Origin: an uncultured Methanosarcinales archaeon | GTDB lineage: Archaea; Nanobdellota; Nanobdellia; Woesearchaeales; UBA12501 | Length of the DNA: 24,000 bases | Direction: 5' to 3' | Assembly (NCBI GenBank): GCA_964459835.1 | Contig: CAYWPA010000007.1 | Location: forward strand, 11,662 to 35,661 | In this document: positions 1 to 6,946 of the stretch, in pieces | Position numbering within the stretch: the first letter of the stretch is position 1 | Layout of the letters: each line of letters starts with the position of its first letter | Notes under the pieces: generated by a model | The model's input: the letters and a program-made list of their open reading frames with translations, nothing else | Databases searched by the model: none | Told to the model about the DNA's origin: nothing | Translations under genes and position numbers: made by a program

Positions 1-226
1 CATTTATCCTTGATTCGTGGAAATCATTGTAAAGGCACATAAGGACAACTTTGCTTACGTCAGCACCCTCAAGCTTTGCAAGAGTATGGCCAATAATAGC
101 AGACCTCTGGGAATGCTCTGCAACGTTTTCAGGGTCGTTTATGTTAATAAGCCACCAGCCGCTTCTCTTTACTCTCTTCAGCTGCCCAGCTTCGTACCAG
201 AAATTGGCAATGTCTTTGTCTTTCAT
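1..226 (-). CDS. HD-domain phosphohydrolase (HD_3 / YfbR-like), N-terminal part only; gene runs off the left edge
   Basis: Absent from the ORF track because no stop lies in the window. My reverse-strand translation from the ATG (complement of 224-226) reads MKDKDIANFWYEAGQLKRVKRSGWWLININDPENVAEHSQRSAIIGHTLAKLEGADVSKVVLMCLYNDFHESRIN. LKR..RSGW and ENVAEHS are typical of the HD_3 family. A TATA-like ctataaaaa (complement of 249-257) is centred about 27 nt upstream. Confidence 0.7.
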   Translation of the reverse strand, partial: MKDKDIANFWYEAGQLKRVKRSGWWLININDPENVAEHSQRSAIIGHTLAKLEGADVSKVVLMCLYNDFHESRIN

Positions 227-275
227 GCAATGTGGTTTATTTGTTTAGTTTTTATAGTTTTCCTTCTAAAACACC

Positions 276-439
276 GGCTCTGTCCTAAATATAGGTTAGC
301 ATCATTTTTGCGAGGCTCTTCGAATAATATGTCGAGTCGACAAGGGGCTTGTCCCTTACGGGGAACGTCGACTTTCTATAAAAATATCAAAAGCCGAGCC
401 GATGCTAACCCGAGCAGAGCGAGATTTAGGACAGAGCCC
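276..439. repeat. Intergenic imperfect palindrome, family 1 (inverted orientation), flanked by 8-bp direct repeats
   Basis: Perfect 15-bp inverted repeat ggctctgtcctaaat (276-290) / atttaggacagagcc (424-438). Second tier ggttagcatc (294-303) / gatgctaacc (401-410). Inner pair gtcgac 336-341 / 367-372. Direct aaaacacc at 268-275 and 440-447. The core at 336-390 matches, in reverse complement, the core at 1126-1178 of the next element. Confidence 0.6.
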
Positions 440-453
440 AAAACACCAAAACC

Positions 454-462
454 TTTATATAT
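454..462 (+). promoter_or_regulatory. TATA box (tttatatat) for the 484 gene; spacing implies a leaderless mRNA
   Basis: aaacctttatatattc is centred about 26 nt upstream of ATG 484. The same (a/c)tttatata pattern recurs upstream of other genes in the window. Confidence 0.5.
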
Positions 463-483
463 TCACCTTACAGAAAATAACCC

Positions 484-1071
484 ATGGCAGAGCCTTCAGT
501 GTTCAGGAATGCAATCGATTTTCTTGCAGAATTGGGGATTTATGATGTTGTCCTTCCTTTCTTATTGATATTCGCTATTGTTTTTGCTGTTCTTGAAAAA
601 ACAAAGATTTTTGGAACTGAAAAAGTAGAGGGAGTAGAGTATACAAGAAAAAATGTCAATGCTATAGTTGCATTTGTTGCGGCATTATTAGTAGTAGCAT
701 CTGCAAAGATGGTTGCAGCAATTAATATAACAGTAGCAAGGCTATTGATAATATTAGTTCTTGCAATAATGTTTCTGCTTCTGTACGGAACGTTTTTCGG
801 AGAAAAGCAGGACTTGTTTGAAGACTTAAAGAGCAAGAGAGGATTATTTTTCATAATAATGTTTGCCGGCGTAATCCTTATATTCCTTGATTCATTAACA
901 AGGTCTGACGGAAAATCATACTTAAGATATTTCTATGAGCAAGTTAGATATAATTTTACCTCAACCACTGTCGCAACGATAATTTTTCTGCTGATAATAC
1001 TTAGCTTTATTTTCTGGCTTGTAAAAAGCCCTGCGCCAAAGAAACCTGCTTCTCATGAAGAAAGTCATTAA
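484..1071 (+). CDS. Polytopic membrane protein (about 5 TM), tandem paralog 1 of 3; function unknown
   Basis: 195-aa ORF with hydrophobic segments. The N-terminal motif AIDFLAELGIYDVVLPFLLIFAIVFAVLEKTKIFG is shared with the next two ORFs. Confidence 0.75.
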   Translation: MAEPSVFRNAIDFLAELGIYDVVLPFLLIFAIVFAVLEKTKIFGTEKVEGVEYTRKNVNAIVAFVAALLVVASAKMVAAINITVARLLIILVLAIMFLLLYGTFFGEKQDLFEDLKSKRGLFFIIMFAGVILIFLDSLTRSDGKSYLRYFYEQVRYNFTSTTVATIIFLLIILSFIFWLVKSPAPKKPASHEESH

Positions 1072-1094
1072 GAAGAGTATTAGGCCAAGCGAAA

Positions 1095-1246
1095 TTTTTT
1101 TGTGGGTTGAGCGTCTTCAAAATTCTTGATATATTTTTCTAAGGCTCTGCGTTCCCGTAGGGAGCATCCCCTCGCGACGAGCTCTATGTTTTTTTCAAAG
1201 GAATTTTGACCTGATGACGCTCAACCCACTTAAGCAGGCTTTGTAT
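1095..1246. repeat. Intergenic imperfect palindrome, family 1 (forward orientation), flanked by 11-bp direct repeats
   Basis: Perfect 14-bp inverted repeat gtgggttgagcgtc (1102-1115) / gacgctcaacccac (1216-1229). Second tier tcaaaattc (1117-1125) / gaattttga (1201-1209). Direct gccaagcgaaa at 1084-1094 and 1247-1257, and a third copy of that 11-mer at 16638-16648. Core cgttcccgtagggagcatcccctcgcgac. Confidence 0.6.
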
Positions 1247-1311
1247 GCCAAGCGAAACATTTATATATCCTCTAAGCAATATTTAAACCATTCATTTAAA
1301 AGAGGATTATC

Positions 1312-1887
1312 ATGGCTGTAAGCGATGTTTTTGTAAGAGGCGTTGAAGTTTTGGAACAATTGGGACTAAGCGATGTTCTTCTTCCGTTCTTTCTTGTCTT
1401 TACCCTTGTTTTCGCAATACTTCAGAAAAGCCATATACTTGGATCAGATGAGGCTGCCAAAAAATACAATATCATTCTTTCACTTGTGATGGCTTTTGCA
1501 GTCATCATTCCCCATGTCCTTGGAGTTTTTCCGCCTCAAGCAGATGTTGTTAACATAATAAATACTGCATTGCCTAATATTGCCTTGGTTATAATAGCTT
1601 TAGTGATGGTTCTTTTGCTGCTTGGCCTGTTCGGAGCAAAGGTTTCAGGGAATGTATCAGGCGGAATAGCATTAGTCGCTTTCATTGTTGTTGCGTATGT
1701 TTTCGGTGCAGCAGCAGGCTACTGGCAGGTAAGCCCCTGGTTTACTTTCTTGGAAGACCCTGATACACAGGCATTGATTATCATTCTTCTTGTATTCGGC
1801 TTAGTGGTTACCTTTATTACAGGAGGAGAAAAGAAAACTGCCGGTGAAGGAATGCTAAAAGGCCTAAAAGACTTATTTGCAAAATAA
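1312..1887 (+). CDS. Polytopic membrane protein, tandem paralog 2 of 3
   Basis: 191-aa ORF. VLEQLGLSDVLLPFFLVFTLVFAILQKSHILG aligns with paralog 1. SD-like agagga lies 8 nt upstream and TATA tttatatat is at 1260-1268. Confidence 0.75.
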   Translation: MAVSDVFVRGVEVLEQLGLSDVLLPFFLVFTLVFAILQKSHILGSDEAAKKYNIILSLVMAFAVIIPHVLGVFPPQADVVNIINTALPNIALVIIALVMVLLLLGLFGAKVSGNVSGGIALVAFIVVAYVFGAAAGYWQVSPWFTFLEDPDTQALIIILLVFGLVVTFITGGEKKTAGEGMLKGLKDLFAK

Positions 1888-1888
1888 A

Positions 1889-2452
1889 ATGGCAACAATC
1901 TTGGATGTTACTATACTGGAGAATTTTAAAGTCATAATTGGAATGGTTTTTGTTATTGCCGTTGTGTTTGGGATTCTTGAGACAATAAAGATATTCGGCG
2001 AGAACAGGGGACTAAACATACTTGTTGCGGTTCTTATAGGTTTGCTAGTTTTGGTTTTTCCTGATGTAATTTCAATTATTGCAATAGCAGTCCCATGGTT
2101 TACCATGCTTTTCCTTCTTATACTTGTGATGCTTATAGCTTACAAAATGCTCGGTGCAACAGATGCTGACATTTCTTCTGCTTTGACAGCTGACAGGACA
2201 ATAGTATGGGTTGTTGCAATAGTGTGCATTGTTATTGTGATTGCTGCTGCATCTTCTGTTTTCGGGCAGAAATTACTGACTGGAACAGAAGAAGCGCCTG
2301 CAGAGGGCGCTATTCCGGGAACAAGCACTGCAACAGAAGACTTTTCAGCAAACGTCGGGGCAACATTCTTTCATCCAAAAATGCTTGGCCTAATCTTGAT
2401 TTTCCTGATTGCTGTTTTTACAATGGCAATTCTTGGAGGGAAAGTACGATAA
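1889..2452 (+). CDS. Polytopic membrane protein, tandem paralog 3 of 3
   Basis: Same frame as track ORF 1877..2452. I prefer ATG 1889 (MATILD...) because all three paralogs then start with MA and the overlap with the upstream stop disappears. ILETIKIFG matches LEKTKIFG in paralog 1. Confidence 0.7.
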   Translation: MATILDVTILENFKVIIGMVFVIAVVFGILETIKIFGENRGLNILVAVLIGLLVLVFPDVISIIAIAVPWFTMLFLLILVMLIAYKMLGATDADISSALTADRTIVWVVAIVCIVIVIAAASSVFGQKLLTGTEEAPAEGAIPGTSTATEDFSANVGATFFHPKMLGLILIFLIAVFTMAILGGKVR

Positions 2453-2454
2453 GA

Positions 2455-2463
2455 TTTATATAT
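2455..2463 (+). promoter_or_regulatory. TATA box (tttatatat) for the 2486 gene; leaderless spacing
   Basis: agatttatatatttc is centred about 27 nt upstream of ATG 2486. Confidence 0.5.
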
Positions 2464-2485
2464 TTCTGATTAAAACTCCCTTCTT

Positions 2486-3187
2486 ATGAAGTTTAAGATT
2501 GACAATAAAGTTATTGAGGCTTTTCATGGTTTAAACATAGGAATTGTAATTGCTAATAGTATTGATAATACTGGTTCTAATGAGGAAATTATGAATTTAA
2601 TTCAGGAAAAACAAGAAGAAATTAAAGCAAATTTTGATAAGGAAAATCTGTCACAAAATCCAAAAATAGAAGTATGGAGAAAAGCATACTCTTCTTTTGG
2701 AGCAAAGCCAAAAAAATACAAATGCTCTGTTGAAAACCTTTATAGAATGATTTTGGATGGAATTGATTTAAAGCATATAAATAAAGTTGTTGATATTTAT
2801 AATTACATTTCCATAAAGCATATTCTTCCTGTTGGAGGGGATGATATAGATAAGGTTGATGGAAACATTTTATTGAAGTTTGCTTCTGGAAATGAGCAGT
2901 TTACCGAGCTAAACTCTAATGAAACAAAGAATCCACAAAAAGGAGAGGTTGTTTATGTTGATGACAAAGAAGTTCTATGCAGAAGATGGAACTGGAGAGA
3001 ATGTGACAAGACAAAGATGACTGATGAAACAAAAAATGTTGCTTTAGTTATTGAAGGTTTGCCTCCTTTTACAAAAGAAGAAATTGAAAATATTAGCAAA
3101 GAATTGGCTGAGTTAGTTGAGAAGTTTTGCGGTGGGGAAGTTAAAACAGTTATTTTAAATGAAAATATAACAGAAGCAGAACTATAG
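2486..3187 (+). CDS. Stand-alone B3/B4 tRNA-binding domain protein (PheRS beta-subunit B3/4-like, COG3382-type)
   Basis: 233 aa. VWRKAYSSFGAKPKKYKCSVENLYRMIL, INKVVDIYNYISIKHILPVGGDDIDK, GEVVYVDD..VLCRRWNWRECDKTKMT and NVALVIEG fit the B3/4-domain family pattern as I remember it. Confidence 0.75.
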   Translation: MKFKIDNKVIEAFHGLNIGIVIANSIDNTGSNEEIMNLIQEKQEEIKANFDKENLSQNPKIEVWRKAYSSFGAKPKKYKCSVENLYRMILDGIDLKHINKVVDIYNYISIKHILPVGGDDIDKVDGNILLKFASGNEQFTELNSNETKNPQKGEVVYVDDKEVLCRRWNWRECDKTKMTDETKNVALVIEGLPPFTKEEIENISKELAELVEKFCGGEVKTVILNENITEAEL

Positions 3188-3805
3188 TTATCTCTTCATC
3201 CTTTTTGTAATCCTTGACAATTCATTAACATTTTCTACAAAGCCGGGAAGGATTTTCTGGAAGACTTTTTCCAATGCCTTTATTTCTGTTGCAACATTTG
3301 TCAGGCCTTTGTCATACTCTCCTACTTTTCCTAAAATTCCCTCATGAAGCCTGTCAAAGCTCTGCTTTATGTCGGACATCTGCTGTTCCATTCTTGTTAA
3401 TCTTGTTTCTGTATTGTCTTTCCAGTCTGCAATCCTTGATACATTTGCCATAAGCTCCTTCCATTTTTCATCAATAATTGTTTCTGCAACTTCCTCTATC
3501 CTTTCCTCATTGGATGCAGGAAAAAATGAAGAAGAAACAGGCTGAAACCCTCCTGAAGAAGGTGGCATCGGCATTTCTGATGGAAAGCCGGCAGGAGAAA
3601 CTGCTTCTTTCATGTCTGCCTGATGTAGTGCCTCATTTATCTGGTCAATTGAAAATCCGCCTCTCTGCAGGTTCTGGACTATTTGGTTGTTCGTAAAGCC
3701 CTGCTGCTTCATTATAAGAACCTGCTCTGTAGGAATACCCATCTGTTCCTGGCCCATTGGCGGCGGACTGCTCTTTTTTCCAAAAATATCGTCAAGTAAA
3801 GCCAT
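3188..3805 (-). CDS. Coiled-coil protein with an N-terminal small helical module and a P/S-rich linker; possible pilus/archaellum accessory protein
   Basis: 205-aa ORF. N-terminal GIPTEQVLIMKQQGFTNNQIVQNLQRGGFSIDQINEALHQAD, a low-complexity PAGFPSEMPMPPSSGGFQP stretch, then heptad-like sequence (TRLTRMEQQMSDIKQSFDRL...). A TATA-like element lies about 27 nt upstream. The function is inferred only from the neighbourhood. Confidence 0.6.
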   Translation of the reverse strand: MALLDDIFGKKSSPPPMGQEQMGIPTEQVLIMKQQGFTNNQIVQNLQRGGFSIDQINEALHQADMKEAVSPAGFPSEMPMPPSSGGFQPVSSSFFPASNEERIEEVAETIIDEKWKELMANVSRIADWKDNTETRLTRMEQQMSDIKQSFDRLHEGILGKVGEYDKGLTNVATEIKALEKVFQKILPGFVENVNELSRITKRMKR

Positions 3806-3849
3806 TTTTCTTATTATTGTTAGATTTATATTTAAAGTTTACCTTCTTT

Positions 3850-4299
3850 TTATCTTCTTCTTTGATTTAATTTTTCATCGATTACTTTTTCAACTTCCTC
3901 GCGAGTGATAAAATGCATAGGCTCCCACAAGTTAATGTAGTTTTCCAAAACCTTAACTTCTTCTATTTTTGCGCATTCTCTCAGCTCTTTGACAATAAGC
4001 TTTACCTTTCCTTTCAAATCCTCAAACTCTCTTTTGAAATCAGTAAGGTCAGAATTAATAAGCTTCAGCTCATTTTCAACGCCTTTGTTTGTATCAAGGA
4101 TGTTCTGCTCTGTTACTTGAGTCTTGTTTCTTAGGTTATTGTATCTCTCTTCCAGCAGCCTCATTCTTGCAGAAATATTGTTGAGCTGTCCTGAAAGCTC
4201 TATTGAAGGGCCAGCAATCTCAGGCCTGTGGCCAAATAAGTCTCCAAAGCCGCGCTTTTTTTCTTCCTTTGACTCTGGCTGCAACGGAAATTCCGGCAT
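3850..4299 (-). CDS. Coiled-coil protein; weak FlaC-like pattern (tentative)
   Basis: 149-aa ORF. An SD-like aaagaggtg sits directly upstream. Long heptad-like region (MRLLEERYNNLRNKTQVTEQNILD...DLKGKVKLIVKEL) ending in LENYINLWEPMHFITREEV, which resembles the coiled-coil plus LxxYE...NPF end of the FlaC_arch family. This rests on memory only. Confidence 0.55.
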   Translation of the reverse strand: MPEFPLQPESKEEKKRGFGDLFGHRPEIAGPSIELSGQLNNISARMRLLEERYNNLRNKTQVTEQNILDTNKGVENELKLINSDLTDFKREFEDLKGKVKLIVKELRECAKIEEVKVLENYINLWEPMHFITREEVEKVIDEKLNQRRR

Positions 4300-4453
4300 A
4301 GCACACCTCTTTTTACACTTATACCGGCTTTATGTTTATAAAGTTTCCTTGAAAAACCCAAAACTTTATATAGTAATTATAATATAAACTATATTTAATA
4401 TTATAAAAAATAGAAAACATTAAAAAATATATATTATAATATAAGGAAAAAGC

Positions 4454-4603
4454 ATGAAAAGGCCTATTTCAGCGACTATTGATAAGGAGCTTATATCATG
4501 GCTAGATGAAATTCTTAAGGACAAGAAAAAGTACAGGAACAAATCCCATGTCATAGAAATAGCCTTGGAAAACCTGAAGGAGGACCTGAAGAAGAATGCC
4601 TGA
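4454..4603 (+). CDS. Ribbon-helix-helix (CopG/Arc/MetJ-like) DNA-binding protein, 49 aa
   Basis: Below the ORF-track size cutoff. My translation is MKRPISATIDKELISWLDEILKDKKKYRNKSHVIEIALENLKEDLKKNA, which gives a beta-strand (ISATID) followed by two helices. The stop TGA at 4601-4603 overlaps the ATPase start at 4596 (ATGCCTGA). Confidence 0.7.
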   Translation: MKRPISATIDKELISWLDEILKDKKKYRNKSHVIEIALENLKEDLKKNA

Positions 4604-6896
4604 ACAGAGAGAGAGCTGGGTATATGAAGTGATAAGGGAAGGAGAAGAAGTAATTCTTAGAATAGACTGCGAAGGGCTGTTAAGAGTACCTTCAATAGAG
4701 AATGAGCCAATATACATGGCAAAGACTTTTGAAACATTGATGGAAGTTGGCAATGCAACAAAAATTGTCTTTGTCCAGAAAAGGGATTATGAATACGAAT
4801 ATGAGCAGACAAAAATGCTGCTGGAAGTTGCAAAGCTTTACAATGATTTTCTGAAGCAGAAAGATATTTTTTCCTACCAGGCCTTGAGCTTTGGCGGAAA
4901 GTGCATGAAAAATCTGAACGAGAGGTATACAACACTGCAGAATGTTATTTTCAGAAAAATAAAAGAAGACCCTGTGGGAGCGTATGTTGAGCTGAAAAGG
5001 ATTATAAGGGATGAAAAGATAAAATCAACAAAAATAGTCAGCGCTGAAGATGACTACTGCATAAGAAAATATATCGGAGTCCTTAGCTATGTTATAAAGC
5101 ATCTTGAGAAGACAAAATTAATACAGCTTGCAACGCCGTACACAGAAGGCTTTAAGCTTGGGGACAGAAGCGTTTACAGGGAAATCTTTCATCCGATAAT
5201 CAAGCCTGACTTTATGTTCACAAAGCTGATGAGCGGCTACCCTAAAGACAGCGAAGAGATAGACAACTATTCCATTGAAAGCAATACAGAAGTCAGCATT
5301 TTCAAATTTCCGAACAATGTAAAGTATCTATATCATTTAACCCCCCCCGAGTTCAAGCTGTCAGAGGACAAATATGACCTTCTTGACCTCGCAAGAAACA
5401 TAATGGCAGAGCACAAGCCAACAAGGGCAGAGTTTGTAAACCCAAAGAGAATGAGGGAGGTTTTCTATAATGTAGGAAGGGACCTGATAGATGAATTGCT
5501 TACATACAGGCCAGTAAAGATGACTGAAAAAGAGAAAGCAGAGGTAACTGATATTTTAGTTAGGTATACTGTTGGCTTTGGCCTTGTTGAAATGCTGCTG
5601 AGAGATGAAAAGATACAGGATATTTCTGTAAACTCTCCTTTGGGAAGAATACCTTTGTTTATTGTTCATGGAGATTATGCTGACTGCGATACAAATATTG
5701 TTCCAACAATGCCTGAGGCTGAATCATGGGCTTCAAAATTAAGGATGATTTCAGGAAGGCCTTTGGATGAGGCAAACCCTATACTTGACACAGAATTAAG
5801 GCTGCCAGGTGCAGACACAAGAGTAGCTGCAATCACACAGCCATTGGACCCGACTGGATTTGCTTTCTCTTTCAGTAGGCACAGGGAGAGGCCTTGGTCT
5901 TTGCCTTTGTTTTTCAAATACAAAATGATAAACCCCTTAGGAGCAGGAATTCTCAGCTTCATGATCGACGGAACAAGGAGCATGCTTATTGCAGGAACAA
6001 GAAGCTCAGGAAAATCGTCTTTCCTGTCAAGCTTAATGGTGGAGATAATGAGAAGGTACAGGATGATAACTATTGAGGACACTCTGGAGCTGCCGACAGG
6101 AAGCTTAAGAGACCTTGGCTTCAACATCCAGTCACTGAAAGTTGCTTCTGCATTAGTGAGAGGAAGCTCAGAGGTTTCTGCAGAGGATGGAATAAGAAGC
6201 ACACTGCGTTTGGGAGACTCATCTTTGATTATTGGAGAAGTAAGAAGCAAGGAGGCAATCGCGTTGTATGAAGCGATGAGAGTTGGAGCTGCTGCAAATG
6301 TTGTTGCAGGAACAATCCACGGCGATTCTCCCTACGGAGTATATGACAGGGTTGTCAATGACATAGGAATCCCTAAAACTTCATTCAAGGCTACCGATAT
6401 AATCGTTGTTGCAAACCCGATCAAAAGCCCTGATGGCATACACAGAAACAGAAGAATAACGCAGATAACAGAGGTAAGAAAGCACTGGAAAGACGACCCT
6501 ATGCTTGAGGGAGGGTTTGTTGACCTGATGAAGTACGATGCAAAGACAGACCAGCTTGAGCCTTCACAGGACTTGATAAATGGAGAGAGCGATACATTAA
6601 AGGCAATAGCTGCAAACATAAAGGATTTTGCAGGAAACTGGGATGCAGTGTGGCAGAACATTGAGCTGAGGGCAAAGATGAAGCAGACTCTTGTTGAGTA
6701 TGCAGAAAAGCTGAAGGATTATGAAATGCTGGAAGCGCCTTTTACAATATTGTGCAATGACATGATGCACCTGCTTTCAGACAGGATAAGAAGGGAGACA
6801 GGATATGTTGATCCTAAAAGGATATTTATGGAATGGGATATGTGGCTGAGAAGGGAGCTTAAGAAGAGGGCTTTGGAAAAGCAGATTAAGCGCTAG
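4596..6896 (+). CDS. Type II/IV secretion-family ATPase (FlaI/ArlI/PilB-like), unusually long at 766 aa
   Basis: Walker A LIAGTRSSGKSSFLSSL, Walker B / Asp-box region DSSLIIGEVRSKEAIALYEA and His-box GTIHGDSP appear in the expected order for this family. A long N-terminal region precedes the NTPase core. Confidence 0.85.
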   Translation: MPEQRESWVYEVIREGEEVILRIDCEGLLRVPSIENEPIYMAKTFETLMEVGNATKIVFVQKRDYEYEYEQTKMLLEVAKLYNDFLKQKDIFSYQALSFGGKCMKNLNERYTTLQNVIFRKIKEDPVGAYVELKRIIRDEKIKSTKIVSAEDDYCIRKYIGVLSYVIKHLEKTKLIQLATPYTEGFKLGDRSVYREIFHPIIKPDFMFTKLMSGYPKDSEEIDNYSIESNTEVSIFKFPNNVKYLYHLTPPEFKLSEDKYDLLDLARNIMAEHKPTRAEFVNPKRMREVFYNVGRDLIDELLTYRPVKMTEKEKAEVTDILVRYTVGFGLVEMLLRDEKIQDISVNSPLGRIPLFIVHGDYADCDTNIVPTMPEAESWASKLRMISGRPLDEANPILDTELRLPGADTRVAAITQPLDPTGFAFSFSRHRERPWSLPLFFKYKMINPLGAGILSFMIDGTRSMLIAGTRSSGKSSFLSSLMVEIMRRYRMITIEDTLELPTGSLRDLGFNIQSLKVASALVRGSSEVSAEDGIRSTLRLGDSSLIIGEVRSKEAIALYEAMRVGAAANVVAGTIHGDSPYGVYDRVVNDIGIPKTSFKATDIIVVANPIKSPDGIHRNRRITQITEVRKHWKDDPMLEGGFVDLMKYDAKTDQLEPSQDLINGESDTLKAIAANIKDFAGNWDAVWQNIELRAKMKQTLVEYAEKLKDYEMLEAPFTILCNDMMHLLSDRIRRETGYVDPKRIFMEWDMWLRRELKKRALEKQIKR

Positions 6897-6946
6897 TTAA
6901 AAAAGAAGTTAAAAAAGAGGTGAATAAGAAGAGGTGGATTTCTTAA

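Noticed and set aside
17-568. 183-aa GTG-initiated ORF (and nested 51..248) from the ORF track
   Set aside because: It runs antisense across the HD-domain gene, through the palindromic element and two promoters, and into the 484 gene in another frame. It has no recognisable motifs, whereas the opposite-strand reading at 1-226 has a clear family signature.
1150-1157. The shared 8-mer gcgttccc between the family-1 core and the tRNA-Phe acceptor/T-arm junction, hinting at a tRNA-derived SINE-like origin
   Set aside because: Only 8 nt are shared, and the neighbouring ggggat block is in a different order. This is too short to distinguish from chance.
1211-1217. C-box-like ctgatga in the right arm of the 1095-1246 element (C/D-box sRNA?)
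   Set aside because: No D box (ctga) lies at an appropriate distance on that strand, there are no C'/D' boxes, and the motif is not conserved in the related element at 276-439.
3185-3190. Zero-spacing convergent stop codons (tag/tta) between the B3/B4 gene and the coiled-coil gene; similarly a 1-bp gap between the platform gene stop and the tRNA 3' end at 9220-9222
   Set aside because: This is compact genome packing. There is no sequence feature beyond adjacency, so it is not evidence of anything unusual by itself.
5675-6250. 191-aa antisense ORF inside the ATPase gene, plus similar ones at 540-854, 6332-6661, 7465-8055, 11126-12634, 14337-14942, 15673-16104, 18902-19291, 20288-20710 and 21277-21639
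   Set aside because: All lie opposite or out of frame within longer ORFs that carry strong family motifs. Their compositions (Ser/Leu/Phe-rich and low-complexity) are typical of shadow ORFs in AT-rich DNA.
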